From: Bdellovibrionales bacterium
GTDB lineage: Bacteria > Bdellovibrionota > Bdellovibrionia > Bdellovibrionales > JAUICD01
Assembly: GCA_965197425.1 (NCBI GenBank)
Contig: CBDANC010000015.1
Span: 64,001 to 128,000, forward strand
Reading direction: 5' to 3'
DNA length: 64,000 nucleotides
Both the position numbers and the translations under genes were made by a program. Under the pieces are notes generated by a model. The model did not search any database, was not told the DNA's origin, and saw nothing but the letters and a program-made list of their open reading frames with translations. Position 1 is the stretch's first letter, and each line of letters opens with the position of its first letter. This document shows positions 47,147 through 57,306 of the stretch, piece after piece.

Positions 47147-49861
47147 TTAGTTTTCCTGATTTCTAATGTTTAGACTTTCATTTATTATTCTTTCTTGTTC
47201 AAGACTATGTCTTTTACTACAACCTGTTGCAGGACTTGCGCTTAAAGGCCTTCCTATATATTCTAAATTTAAATTTGTTCTATTTAAAATGCTGTACATT
47301 TGAGTTCTAACAAACCTATATGCTCCCATATTTCTAGGTTCCTCCTGCACCCAGCATAACCTTTTTATATTAGGATACTGAGAAATCATTTTATCTATAT
47401 AAGGTCCTGGGAATGGATAAATTTGCTCTAGTCTGGCAATCAAAGTATCATTAATTCCCTGCGACTCCTTTTGTTCAACTAGATCATAGTATATTTTTCC
47501 AGAACAAAGCAGTATTTTTAGAACCGCGTCTTTATTAGTGACCTTATCTTTTAATATTTCGTTAAAGGTTATTGCATCACTACAGAACTCGTCAATGTGA
47601 GATATCACCCTTTTATGTCTCAATAAAGATTTAGGAGACATTATTATAAGAGGTTTTCTAAAGTCTCTTTTCATCTGCCTTCGTAATAAATGGAAAAATT
47701 GTGCAGGGGTTGTTGGATTACAAACTTGCATGTTGTTATTTGTACATAGTGATAAAAACCGCTCCAGTCTAGCAGAGGAGTGCTCAGGCCCTTGCCCCTC
47801 ATATCCGTGAGGTAGAAACAATACAATACCACTCATTCTGTTCCATTTAGATTCAGCGGCTACAATGAATTGATCTATTATTACTTGGGCACCATTTGCG
47901 AAGTCGCCAAACTGAGCTTCCCATATGGTAAGCATCCAAGGATCTGCTGCAGACACACCATATTCAAAACCCAATACAGCAGTTTCTGATAAAAAACTAT
48001 TATGAATAATAAAATTAGCCTCACCTGCAGATAAAGTATCAAGAGGAGAGTAGATAGATTTGTTTTTATAGTCAAAATATTTGGCATGTCTATGTGAGAA
48101 TGTACCTCTAGTTGAGTCCTGTCCAGTTAACCTTACTCTTGTTCCCTCCAAAACTAATGATCCATAAGCTGCCATCTCTGCTAATGTCCAATTCATTAAT
48201 CCCTTAGATTTATATTGCTCATACACTTTTTCATATTGCTTTTTAAGTTTAGGATGCCAATTAAAATTTTTAGGTGGATTCGCTAAGGCTGTAATTACCT
48301 TATCTATGTCTGCTCTTAAGCCAGATGTGTCGACTTTGGCAAACATATCATCATCATTACAGGTTCTTCTTAAACCAGTCCAAGATCCTCTGATTACATC
48401 TGGTTTTTGCTTTAAAGGGGTTTTTCTTACATTGTCCAGTATGTTTTGTAATTCATCAATTTTGTTATTATAAAGTTTTTCTATCTCGTCTTCATTAATC
48501 AAGTTTTGTTTGGACAATTGATCTGCATAAATTTGTCTAACGGTAGGGTGATTCTTGATTTTATTATACATAGCTGGTTGAGTGTAAGACGGTTCATCTC
48601 CCTCATTGTGGCCATGCCTCCTATAACCAACATGTCTTATAACTATGTCTTTAAAAAATTTATTCCTATAAGTTATGGCAATTTGTGCAGCTCTAATTAC
48701 ATGTTCAACTTTGTCAGCATTTACATGAATAACAGGGGTGTTACTAATTTTTGCAACATCAGAAGAGTATGTTGCTGTTTTTAGCTCATGAGGGTTTACT
48801 GTAAATCCAATCTGGTTGTCAAAGATTATGTGAACAGTACCACCTACGTTGTTTGCTTCAAGGCCTGACATTTGAAGAGTTTCGTACACAACACCCTGGC
48901 CTGAAAATGCAGCGTCTCCATGTATCATAACAGGTAGTACAGACATATAATTTTGCTTTCCGTTAGCTCTCTGTTTTGCCCAGCTACTTCCTGAAACAAC
49001 AGGACATACATATTCTAAATGAGATGGATTAAAGGCAAGTGACACATTTACAGGTCCATACTCTGTAGTTCTTAAGGTGGAAAAGCCCATATGGTACTTC
49101 ACATCTCCACTTTCATTTTTTCCATTTAACAAAGAATTTTGCCCGTCAAATTCAGCTAATACAATGTTAATTGCCTTACCCATAAAGTTAGTTAAGACAT
49201 TGATTCTTCCTCTGTGTGCCATAGCTATAACAAAGTTTTCTGCTTTTGCTTTTTCCAGCAACACCTCTAAAAGCAGAATCCCAGTATCAGATCCTTCAAC
49301 AGAAAACCTTTTAGTACCCACAAATCTAGAGTGCAAAAACCTCTCCATGGCTTCTATTGAATTCAATTGATTTAGATGATTTAGTTTTTGTTTGTTTGTT
49401 AATTTAGGATCTAAACCTTTTTGTTCAAATTCATTTATTAAAAAATCTTTTTCTTTTTTGTTACAGTCATTAAATTGAACGCTTATGTGAGAGCAATAAG
49501 TTTTTATTAAAAAATCTATAACATCTTTATTCGACTTACAGCCTTTTTTGATAAACCAACTATCTTTAGTTAAATCGTCCTGATCTTTAGAATTTAAAAG
49601 TTTATACAATTCATCGTGCGATACCTTGCTGAACTCCAAAGGATCTAATAAGGCAAACTTATGTGCCGTATGTCTTAGAGTATCTACATAATTACTCTGA
49701 CTTAAACCCGATCCACCTTCCTTGGTAGAAAGGCCGAGTTCAAGGCCCTCAAAAAAACGTCTCCACTCTGCATCAACTGATAAAGGGTTTTGTAGATAAT
49801 CTTTATGTAGGGAATTTATATAGTCAGAACTAAGAGAGTTCATATAGTCAGTCGTTTGCAT
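47147..49861 (-). CDS. sucA: 2-oxoglutarate dehydrogenase E1
   Basis: MAHRGR, GDVKYHMG, HGDAAFSGQG, WEAQFGDFANGAQ, GPEHSSAR. Confidence 0.97.
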   Translation of the reverse strand: MQTTDYMNSLSSDYINSLHKDYLQNPLSVDAEWRRFFEGLELGLSTKEGGSGLSQSNYVDTLRHTAHKFALLDPLEFSKVSHDELYKLLNSKDQDDLTKDSWFIKKGCKSNKDVIDFLIKTYCSHISVQFNDCNKKEKDFLINEFEQKGLDPKLTNKQKLNHLNQLNSIEAMERFLHSRFVGTKRFSVEGSDTGILLLEVLLEKAKAENFVIAMAHRGRINVLTNFMGKAINIVLAEFDGQNSLLNGKNESGDVKYHMGFSTLRTTEYGPVNVSLAFNPSHLEYVCPVVSGSSWAKQRANGKQNYMSVLPVMIHGDAAFSGQGVVYETLQMSGLEANNVGGTVHIIFDNQIGFTVNPHELKTATYSSDVAKISNTPVIHVNADKVEHVIRAAQIAITYRNKFFKDIVIRHVGYRRHGHNEGDEPSYTQPAMYNKIKNHPTVRQIYADQLSKQNLINEDEIEKLYNNKIDELQNILDNVRKTPLKQKPDVIRGSWTGLRRTCNDDDMFAKVDTSGLRADIDKVITALANPPKNFNWHPKLKKQYEKVYEQYKSKGLMNWTLAEMAAYGSLVLEGTRVRLTGQDSTRGTFSHRHAKYFDYKNKSIYSPLDTLSAGEANFIIHNSFLSETAVLGFEYGVSAADPWMLTIWEAQFGDFANGAQVIIDQFIVAAESKWNRMSGIVLFLPHGYEGQGPEHSSARLERFLSLCTNNNMQVCNPTTPAQFFHLLRRQMKRDFRKPLIIMSPKSLLRHKRVISHIDEFCSDAITFNEILKDKVTNKDAVLKILLCSGKIYYDLVEQKESQGINDTLIARLEQIYPFPGPYIDKMISQYPNIKRLCWVQEEPRNMGAYRFVRTQMYSILNRTNLNLEYIGRPLSASPATGCSKRHSLEQERIINESLNIRNQEN

Positions 49862-50015
49862 TAATTATCCCTCGGGCATGAATGTATTAGACAGCATAGC
49901 TTAAAGCAAAACCTGACACTATAATTGACTATATGTGGCAGACTAGGCTATGTTTTGTGTTTATGTTTCTATAAGGTCAAGTTGACTAAAAGACAAAAGT
50001 ACTTTTACTCTTGTC

Positions 50016-52109
50016 ATGGATTTGAGGACCATGGATTTAAGGTTAGATACACCTGTTCAGTATGTGAAAGGCATAGGCCCAAAAGTAGCAAATTTATTAA
50101 AAAAAAAACAAATAAAAACAGTATTAGATTTAATAAGCCACTATCCTAAACACTACCTAGATTACCGTAAAGCTCGATCAATTAATAGTCTCAAACCAGG
50201 AGAGCATGTAAGCCTCACTGCCACAATAGTATCTGTGAATAGCATCAGTATGGGACGCAGTCTGCACAGAAGAATTTGGACAGTGTTGGTAAAAGATAGT
50301 ACAGGCTCCATTGCCTGTAAATATTTTCGCATTCCCTATAGAGGATATTTTACAAGACTGACTGCTGGAAAGAAAATAACCATAGAAGGGAGCGTATCGC
50401 TTTATAGAGCTGGGATGGAATTTCACCATCCGGACATACTAGAGTTTACAGAGGATAAAAAAAATCAAGTGGTGCCTATCTATCCAGAAATAGATGGAAT
50501 TAGTCAAAAAAAACTTCAAAATATAATTGAAACTGCCTTGATGGGTACTAAAGATAAATTAGGTGAATATCTCCCTGATTGGATCTTAAAGCAAAATAAA
50601 TTTGCAAATCTTAAAGAAGCTATATTTAAAATTCACAAACCTCATGATGATACTGATTCTAATTTTTTATCTAAAAATTCAATTTATCACGACAGAATTA
50701 AGTTTGAGGAGTTTTTTTGGTTTCAGTTACCTTTACTCATGGTGAGATCAGATATTCAAGAAGCTAAAACAAAGGCATTTGATTCTAACAATAACATTTT
50801 AAATCAATATATCGATAAACTTGAGTTTAAATTAACAAACGCACAATCTAGAGTGTTAAAAGAAATTATATCTGATCTCAGTCTGGAAAAACCTATGCAC
50901 AGAATGATACAGGGAGATGTTGGATCTGGCAAAACTGTAGTTGCACTTTTATCTGCTATGCTTGTTATGTCACATGGATATCAAGTTGCTATAATGGCCC
51001 CTACAGAAATTTTAGCAGAACAACACTTTAAAAAAGCTAAAAAACTTTTTGATGATCTTTTCAACACAGTATTGCTAACAGGTAATATGAAAAAATCTAT
51101 AAGGGATGAAAAAGCTAAGATTTTAGAAAGCGGTAACGGGTTATTGTGTATAGGTACTCATGCTCTAATTCAAGAAAATGTTAAGTTTAAAAACTTAGGC
51201 CTTGTCATCGTGGATGAGCAACATAGGTTTGGGGTAGAACAAAGAGCGGTACTTAAATCAAAGGGAAGGCACCCACACCTGCTTGTGATGACAGCAACAC
51301 CCATACCAAGATCACTTTCTATGACTCTATACGGAGATTTAGATGCTTCCATAATTGATGAAATGCCAGAAGGAAGATTGCCAATTACCACTAGGGTTAC
51401 CTATCAAAGTAAAAGATCACTGGTAATAGATTTTATAAAAAAACAACTTAAAAAGAGAAGACAAGTGTATATTGTATATCCTCTTATAGAAGAAAGTGAA
51501 AAAATGAACTTAAAAGATGCAACAACTGAGTATGAAAAATTAGTAAAAGAGTTTTCTGGTTACAAGGTAGAAATACTGCATGGTAAACTGAAGAAGGATG
51601 AAAAGGAATTTGTATTTCAAAAATTTGTGAAACATGAGATAGATCTTTTAGTCTCTACTACCATAATTGAAGTTGGAATAGATGTTCCCAATGCAAACTT
51701 GATTTGGATTGAAAATGCGGAGAGATTTGGTTTAAGTCAACTGCATCAGTTAAGAGGTAGGGTAGGTAGAGGGAAGTATCCAAGTTATTGCATACTAATG
51801 TTGGGAAATGCAGTATCACATGAAGGCAGAGAGAGAATGAGGATAATGGAAGAGACCACAGATGGTTTTAAAATTGCGGATAAGGATTTAGAACTAAGAG
51901 GACCTGGAGATTTTTTGGGTACAAGACAATCTGGGGTACTAACTCTAAAAATGGCCAATGTCTCTTCTGATTTGAGTATTTTAACCAAAGCCAGAACTTG
52001 TGCAAAACTTTTGTTAAAAAAAGACCCAAAATTACAAAACCCAGAACATAAAGCCTTAAAAAACAAAATTATTGAAAAAGGTTATTTGTCCTTAACCCTT
52101 TCAGGGTAG
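50016..52109 (+). CDS. recG: ATP-dependent DNA helicase RecG
   Basis: QGDVGSGKT, DEQHRFG, MTATPIPR, QLRGRVGR, DLELRGPG; start may be 50031. Confidence 0.97.
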   Translation: MDLRTMDLRLDTPVQYVKGIGPKVANLLKKKQIKTVLDLISHYPKHYLDYRKARSINSLKPGEHVSLTATIVSVNSISMGRSLHRRIWTVLVKDSTGSIACKYFRIPYRGYFTRLTAGKKITIEGSVSLYRAGMEFHHPDILEFTEDKKNQVVPIYPEIDGISQKKLQNIIETALMGTKDKLGEYLPDWILKQNKFANLKEAIFKIHKPHDDTDSNFLSKNSIYHDRIKFEEFFWFQLPLLMVRSDIQEAKTKAFDSNNNILNQYIDKLEFKLTNAQSRVLKEIISDLSLEKPMHRMIQGDVGSGKTVVALLSAMLVMSHGYQVAIMAPTEILAEQHFKKAKKLFDDLFNTVLLTGNMKKSIRDEKAKILESGNGLLCIGTHALIQENVKFKNLGLVIVDEQHRFGVEQRAVLKSKGRHPHLLVMTATPIPRSLSMTLYGDLDASIIDEMPEGRLPITTRVTYQSKRSLVIDFIKKQLKKRRQVYIVYPLIEESEKMNLKDATTEYEKLVKEFSGYKVEILHGKLKKDEKEFVFQKFVKHEIDLLVSTTIIEVGIDVPNANLIWIENAERFGLSQLHQLRGRVGRGKYPSYCILMLGNAVSHEGRERMRIMEETTDGFKIADKDLELRGPGDFLGTRQSGVLTLKMANVSSDLSILTKARTCAKLLLKKDPKLQNPEHKALKNKIIEKGYLSLTLSG

Positions 52110-52139
52110 TACAGAAGTTAGCAAATAAAAACTTCTGTA
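52110..52139. terminator. Hairpin between convergent recG and OMP gene
   Basis: TACAGAAGTT-N10-AACTTCTGTA; weak U-tract. Confidence 0.45.
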
Positions 52140-52248
52140 TGTGTATGCATTTGAAACCTTAATCAAGACAGACATGAACAATGCAATTTTGTTTATTTAA
52201 ATAGAAAGATAAAAATTAAATAAGCATCTCAGATGAAGTTAAGTTGGC

Positions 52249-53085
52249 TCAATTGCCTGTAAGGGTCCCTGGCTTTATCTCCACCTTTAATTGAACGTTA
52301 TGCCCCCCAATACTATTTGTTTCAAGGTTTACATCGAAATTTTCTGGAATGTCTTCCTCTAAAACGCTATCCCTTGTCCTATCAAGACTTAGCATATACC
52401 CATCTGTGAATATATAGTTATATAGGGTTCCTAAGTTAACAGGCCCTAGGTCAAACCTTAGGCCAACACCAGCCTGTGCGGCAGGTGAAATATCCCAACC
52501 ATCCAGGTATCCAATAGTAAAATCTAATGAAGTCCCAGTGTCTTCTTCCAATAACTTTGCAGACATTTTTGCATCTACAATAGCAGTAGCTAGGCCAAAG
52601 TCAGTGCTTAAATAAGGAGTTACTACGCTGGAGTTGTCAAAATAATAATTTCCTCCAACAAAAAAAGTGATTGTTTTTTGGCTACCATCAATAGATATCT
52701 CAGGTCCGTCTTGTACGACTGATCTAAAAATATCATGTTGAAAGTATCCAAGGCCTGTATCAAAAGATAACCCTTTATAGGGTTTGTATTCTGCAGTTAT
52801 GTTAAAAGCAGGGATCCAAGTTTCTTTAAGCTCAAATGTACTAGGGAGTAAAATAGCTTCTACTTCTTCATCCTGGCCATCAAAATCATATTCAGATCCG
52901 AAATTAAAATCTCTAACTCCATAAAAGACAGTGCCTAGAGACAGCCCCAAACTCCATCCAAAGTCATCATAATAAAACACTCTGTCATCATCATAAAGAT
53001 CTCTTACTTGTGAGTGTGTACTAAAAGAAAAAACTTGTATCAAAAGTATAAAAAACAAGCTTTTTAATGATAGAAGCTTTTTCAT
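52249..53085 (-). CDS. Outer-membrane beta-barrel protein, paralog 1
   Basis: Signal peptide MKKLL.., GGNYYFDNSSVVTPYL, QAGVG..DLGPVNLG. Confidence 0.8.
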   Translation of the reverse strand: MKKLLSLKSLFFILLIQVFSFSTHSQVRDLYDDDRVFYYDDFGWSLGLSLGTVFYGVRDFNFGSEYDFDGQDEEVEAILLPSTFELKETWIPAFNITAEYKPYKGLSFDTGLGYFQHDIFRSVVQDGPEISIDGSQKTITFFVGGNYYFDNSSVVTPYLSTDFGLATAIVDAKMSAKLLEEDTGTSLDFTIGYLDGWDISPAAQAGVGLRFDLGPVNLGTLYNYIFTDGYMLSLDRTRDSVLEEDIPENFDVNLETNSIGGHNVQLKVEIKPGTLTGN

Positions 53086-53280
53086 ATCAACTCCTCTCCC
53101 CATTTTCTCAAACTAATCTCTCTTAATACAAGGGAATAGATAATGGTAGTATTGATATATAAAGCTTGGCAAATAAAACCTCCTTCTTACAGATTTTTTA
53201 TGTGTAAATTAAAACCAAAGGTAGTACTGGTTAGATTTAAAAATAGTATAAAAACTGCACTGGCCTGCTATTAAAGGCAT

Positions 53281-53311
53281 AAAAAAACGGAGGATAAATC
53301 CTCCGTTTTTT
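53281..53311 (-). terminator. Intrinsic (bidirectional) terminator
   Basis: AAAAAAACGGAGGAT-AA-ATCCTCCGTTTTTT just after the 53339 stop. Confidence 0.9.
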
Positions 53312-53338
53312 ATTCAAAATAAAATGCTTATCTATGTT

Positions 53339-53977
53339 TTATAGAGGCATCTTAACTGTTAGTGCAGCACTGTGACCAAAAAGGAACTTTTTCAAAAACT
53401 TCACATCAGTAGGAGCAGTATTCGTCACTTTAGTTGCATCTGTTGTATCCGTATTGCGGTATTTTGCTCCACCAAGTGCAACAAAGTTGTACTGAAGACC
53501 AAGGCTAACTGTGCCTAAGCTATAATCTACACCAAGACCAACTTGTCCAGCAGGAGCAAGCAAGGTTCCTTTAGCTTCACCTATCTTTGCCATGTCTGCG
53601 GAATAACCTAGATCAAAAGATATGTGAGGCATAACAGGGCTGTCATTCGCTATGTAGTAATTTCCTCCAACAAACAAGGTAAATCTATTAGAACTAGCAA
53701 CATCTGTTGTACTGTCTTTAAATTTACTTTGCAAATAACTTACATTAGCTTCCACAGTAAATGCATCTCCAACAGCAAACTCACCACCTAAACCAATCGC
53801 AGGCGGTACCCAAACCTGACTTGCTTTTATTTCAGCGCCATCTACAACAGTATTACCTTGAAAAAATACATTACCCAATGACAAGTTAACACTGTTACTT
53901 GCGCCGCCTTCCTGAGCCTGAGCAGTAGCTACAAATCCCATAACAGCAAACGCCAAAAGTAGTTTCTTATAAGTCAT
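53339..53977 (-). CDS. Outer-membrane beta-barrel protein, paralog 2
   Basis: GGAGG RBS, signal peptide ..ATAQA, GGNYYIANDSPVMPH, QVGLGVDYSLG. Confidence 0.82.
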   Translation of the reverse strand: MTYKKLLLAFAVMGFVATAQAQEGGASNSVNLSLGNVFFQGNTVVDGAEIKASQVWVPPAIGLGGEFAVGDAFTVEANVSYLQSKFKDSTTDVASSNRFTLFVGGNYYIANDSPVMPHISFDLGYSADMAKIGEAKGTLLAPAGQVGLGVDYSLGTVSLGLQYNFVALGGAKYRNTDTTDATKVTNTAPTDVKFLKKFLFGHSAALTVKMPL

Positions 53978-54088
53978 AAAACCTCCAAAAGTTACTAAAA
54001 CAACCAAACTACAAGATAATAAAACAACATTATCCAGTATAGTAAAAAAATAACAAGCTATTTTTTCTAGCCCAAAATCTAATCAAAA

Positions 54089-54116
54089 CTATCGGAACAC
54101 TTATACTAAAGGTTTA
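54089..54116 (-). promoter_or_regulatory. Putative sigma-28 (FliA) promoter
   Basis: TAAA-N16-TCCGATAG, about 110 bp upstream of the OMP paralog 2 start. Confidence 0.5.
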
Positions 54117-54321
54117 TAGTAAAATTAAAGTATAAACTTTCATACTATGGAAACATTTCACCTAATTTGTATCAACTACATTCCATTATCTTGTACCCAA
54201 TTATATAGCTAACCCACTGTAATGAGTTGTAAAAACCACATTTTTGGTATTCCATTGTGTATCACAATTAAATATTAAGTAAATATATAAGTAAATATTA
54301 TGCTGTTTACCGCTTAGTATT

Positions 54322-55176
54322 TTATCTAGCCCCTCTTAGTGTGCCAGGTTTAACGCTCAGTTTTAGGTCAACTCTGTGTCCACCAAGCTCTCTCATGGTA
54401 AACCTGTTGGTTACATCTAAGTTTGTAATACCACCAGATTCATTGGTAACTGACATCTGTTCATTTTGATACAAATTATGCTCATTTAACAGAATATAAT
54501 TGTAGGCAGCTCCTAAAGTTACAGGACCTAGGTCCACATCAAATCCTCCCCCAGCTTGGATAACAGAGTGATATCCCCAATCATCCACTATAGTTGCATC
54601 CTGATCGGCAGAGTTCAACTGCAACAAAGTACCCCCAGCTCCAACATCAGCGGTTAAATATGGGGTAATAACAGTACGATTTCCAAAAAAGTAATTTCCT
54701 CCGGCTAAAAGCAGAATACTTCTGCTTTTTCCATCAAAAAACACGTCATTATCATTACATAGAAATACATCGCTACCTTCATTAACATCAGCTAAAATAC
54801 ATAATTCAATAGCACCGTCATGTTCCTGTTGAAAATAAGAACCCTCTATACCCAAGGATAAACCCCTATAAGGCCTATATTCTCCGACTAGGGTAATTGC
54901 AGGCACAGGAATGGTTTGGGTAAGGTCACTATAACCAGTAGCACTCGATACTTGCATGGAGTCGCTGTTGGTATCATCACCTACATTAGTAGTGCCATTC
55001 ACATCAAAGTCTAGCCTATCAAATAAAAGTGCACCAATTGATACACCCAAGCTCCAGCCTTCTAATTCACCATAAAATATTCTGTCATCATACATATTTT
55101 GTTGCGAATGAGCACTTAGCGCAAAAAACTGAATAACAACTAACAGAACCAACTTGTTTATAGAAAACCTTATCAT
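54322..55176 (-). CDS. Outer-membrane beta-barrel protein, paralog 3
   Basis: Signal peptide, GGNYFFGNRTVITPYL, QAGGG..DLGPVTLG; clearly similar to 52249-53085. Confidence 0.8.
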   Translation of the reverse strand: MIRFSINKLVLLVVIQFFALSAHSQQNMYDDRIFYGELEGWSLGVSIGALLFDRLDFDVNGTTNVGDDTNSDSMQVSSATGYSDLTQTIPVPAITLVGEYRPYRGLSLGIEGSYFQQEHDGAIELCILADVNEGSDVFLCNDNDVFFDGKSRSILLLAGGNYFFGNRTVITPYLTADVGAGGTLLQLNSADQDATIVDDWGYHSVIQAGGGFDVDLGPVTLGAAYNYILLNEHNLYQNEQMSVTNESGGITNLDVTNRFTMRELGGHRVDLKLSVKPGTLRGAR

Positions 55177-55339
55177 AAAAACCCCCGGTATTTATCGTGT
55201 GTGCTAGTAAGAAAGATAACTTTAAACCAAGAAGTATAGCAAACATATTTTATAAATGGATAGAATTTATTGCGATGAAACCAAAAGGTTGCACAATTCA
55301 GTTGCAAGAACTTAAGCCTATAATTTTTATTGTTCAGTT

Positions 55340-56584
55340 TTAAAGCATCTCTTCTATTTCTAAAAGACGATTATATTTTGAAATTCGCTCTGATCTGGAT
55401 AACCCTCCAGCTTTAATCCCCTCACACTCTAATCCTAAAGCTAAATCAGCTATTGTATCATCTGAGGTATCTGCGCTTCTATGAGACATAATTTTTGAAA
55501 ATTTATTTTGCTTTGCTATCGACACAGCCTCCATAGTCTCACTAAAAGTGCCTATTTGATTACATTTGACTAACAAAGAATTGGCCCAACTATTCTTTAT
55601 TCCGATCTTAACTTTTTGAACATTTGTTACAAAAAGGTCGTCACCTACTATTTGGACAGTATCTCCCATCGATTTTGTAATTTTCTTCCATGTGTTTGTA
55701 TCTTGTTCTGAAAAAGGATCTTCTATACCAATAAGAGGGAAGTCTTTTTTTAGTCCTTCATAAATATCTAAAAGCTCATCACTAGTTATTGTTTGTTTAT
55801 CCCATAAATATTTGTTGTTTTTAGATAATTCATTTGCAGCAACATCTAAAGCTACGAAAACATTTTCTCCAGGAAGATAACCAGATTTTTGAATGGCTTC
55901 TAAGATTAGCTCTAAAGCACTTTTGTTATTTGAAAGATTTGGAGCAAATCCACCTTCATCTCCAACAGCTACAGACATGCCTTTGTCAGATAATGACTTT
56001 TTTAAAGTATGAAAAATTTCAGCACCAGCCCGCAAACTTAATGCAAATGTAGAAAGCTTTGGTACTAGCATAAACTCTTGAATATCTAAGTTGTTATTAG
56101 AGTGTGCTCCGCCGTTGATGACATTTATAAAAGGTGCAGGCATGCTAAATTTTTCTTTGTCATGTTTAGACTTTATATATTTAGATCGCACATATTTAAA
56201 TAGAGGAAGATTTAAGTCCATGCTCCCTGCCCTCAAGCAAGCAAGAGAAACACCTATGATAGCATTTCCTCCAAGCCTAGCTTTGTTTTTTGTTCCATCT
56301 AGATCCATTAGATTTGCATCAATTTTATTTTGTTCTGTAACTTCTATTCCTATCAGTTTAGGTGCAATGATTTCATTAACATTGCTTACTGCTTTAAGTA
56401 CTCCCATTCCATGGAATCTTTTGTCATTGTCTCTTAGTTCAACACATTCAAACTTACCTTTTGAAGCCCCTGAAGGAACTTTAGAAACAGCTGTGTTATT
56501 TTGAGTTGTGACTCTCACTTCAACAGTAGGGTTGCCTCTACTATCTAAAATTTCCCTGGCAAAAACTCTTTGTATCAGTGACAT
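55340..56584 (-). CDS. eno: Enolase
   Basis: REILDSRGNPTVE, VPSGAS, VGDEGGFAP, VGDDLFVTN, SHRS. Confidence 0.97.
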   Translation of the reverse strand: MSLIQRVFAREILDSRGNPTVEVRVTTQNNTAVSKVPSGASKGKFECVELRDNDKRFHGMGVLKAVSNVNEIIAPKLIGIEVTEQNKIDANLMDLDGTKNKARLGGNAIIGVSLACLRAGSMDLNLPLFKYVRSKYIKSKHDKEKFSMPAPFINVINGGAHSNNNLDIQEFMLVPKLSTFALSLRAGAEIFHTLKKSLSDKGMSVAVGDEGGFAPNLSNNKSALELILEAIQKSGYLPGENVFVALDVAANELSKNNKYLWDKQTITSDELLDIYEGLKKDFPLIGIEDPFSEQDTNTWKKITKSMGDTVQIVGDDLFVTNVQKVKIGIKNSWANSLLVKCNQIGTFSETMEAVSIAKQNKFSKIMSHRSADTSDDTIADLALGLECEGIKAGGLSRSERISKYNRLLEIEEML

Positions 56585-56677
56585 TTTCTAAACCACACCT
56601 TCAACAATTATTGCTTGCATAAACATTAAATAAAGCATAGAAACCACCTATGGCAAACAAAAACAAACAATATAGAG

Positions 56678-57304
56678 ATGAGTAATACAAATAAAATAAA
56701 AATTATTAACAAAAACACAGTTTATATACATTCTAAAGTTACAATTGGTGAAGGCACAGTAATTTATCCAGGGGTTTGCATAGAATCAAACACAATAATA
56801 GGAAATGACTGCGTTATTGAATCAAATTGTGTAATCAAAAGCTCCATAATAGAAAACAATACTCTTATAAAGGCCGGGAGTTACATAGAAGAATCTGTAG
56901 TAGGTTCTGACTCACAAATAGGCCCTTATGCACATATTAGAAAAAATAGTAAAGTTGGTAAGTCTTGTAGAGTGGGCAATTTTGTTGAACTAAAAAATGT
57001 AACTTTTGGTGATAAGTCTAAGGCAGCACATCTTGCTTACCTTGGAGATGCAGTAGTAGGAATAGGCGTAAATATAGGATGTGGTGTAATAACCTGTAAC
57101 CTAAGAGAAGATGGCAAAAAGTATCAAACCTTAATAGAAGACAGTGTGTTTGTGGGAAGTGATGTACAGCTTGTTGCTCCTATAAAAATTGGAAAAAATG
57201 CTATCATAGGTAGTGGTTCAACCATAACCAAAGATGTTCCTGCCAATTCGCTTGCTATAGCAAGAGCGCGAGAAACCATTAAAGAAAACTGGAAACACAA
57301 ATAA
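56678..57304 (+). CDS. glmU: Stand-alone GlmU acetyltransferase (left-handed beta-helix) domain
   Basis: [53 protein letters not shown]; no N-terminal pyrophosphorylase domain. Confidence 0.88.
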   Translation: MSNTNKIKIINKNTVYIHSKVTIGEGTVIYPGVCIESNTIIGNDCVIESNCVIKSSIIENNTLIKAGSYIEESVVGSDSQIGPYAHIRKNSKVGKSCRVGNFVELKNVTFGDKSKAAHLAYLGDAVVGIGVNIGCGVITCNLREDGKKYQTLIEDSVFVGSDVQLVAPIKIGKNAIIGSGSTITKDVPANSLAIARARETIKENWKHK

Positions 57305-57306
57305 AC

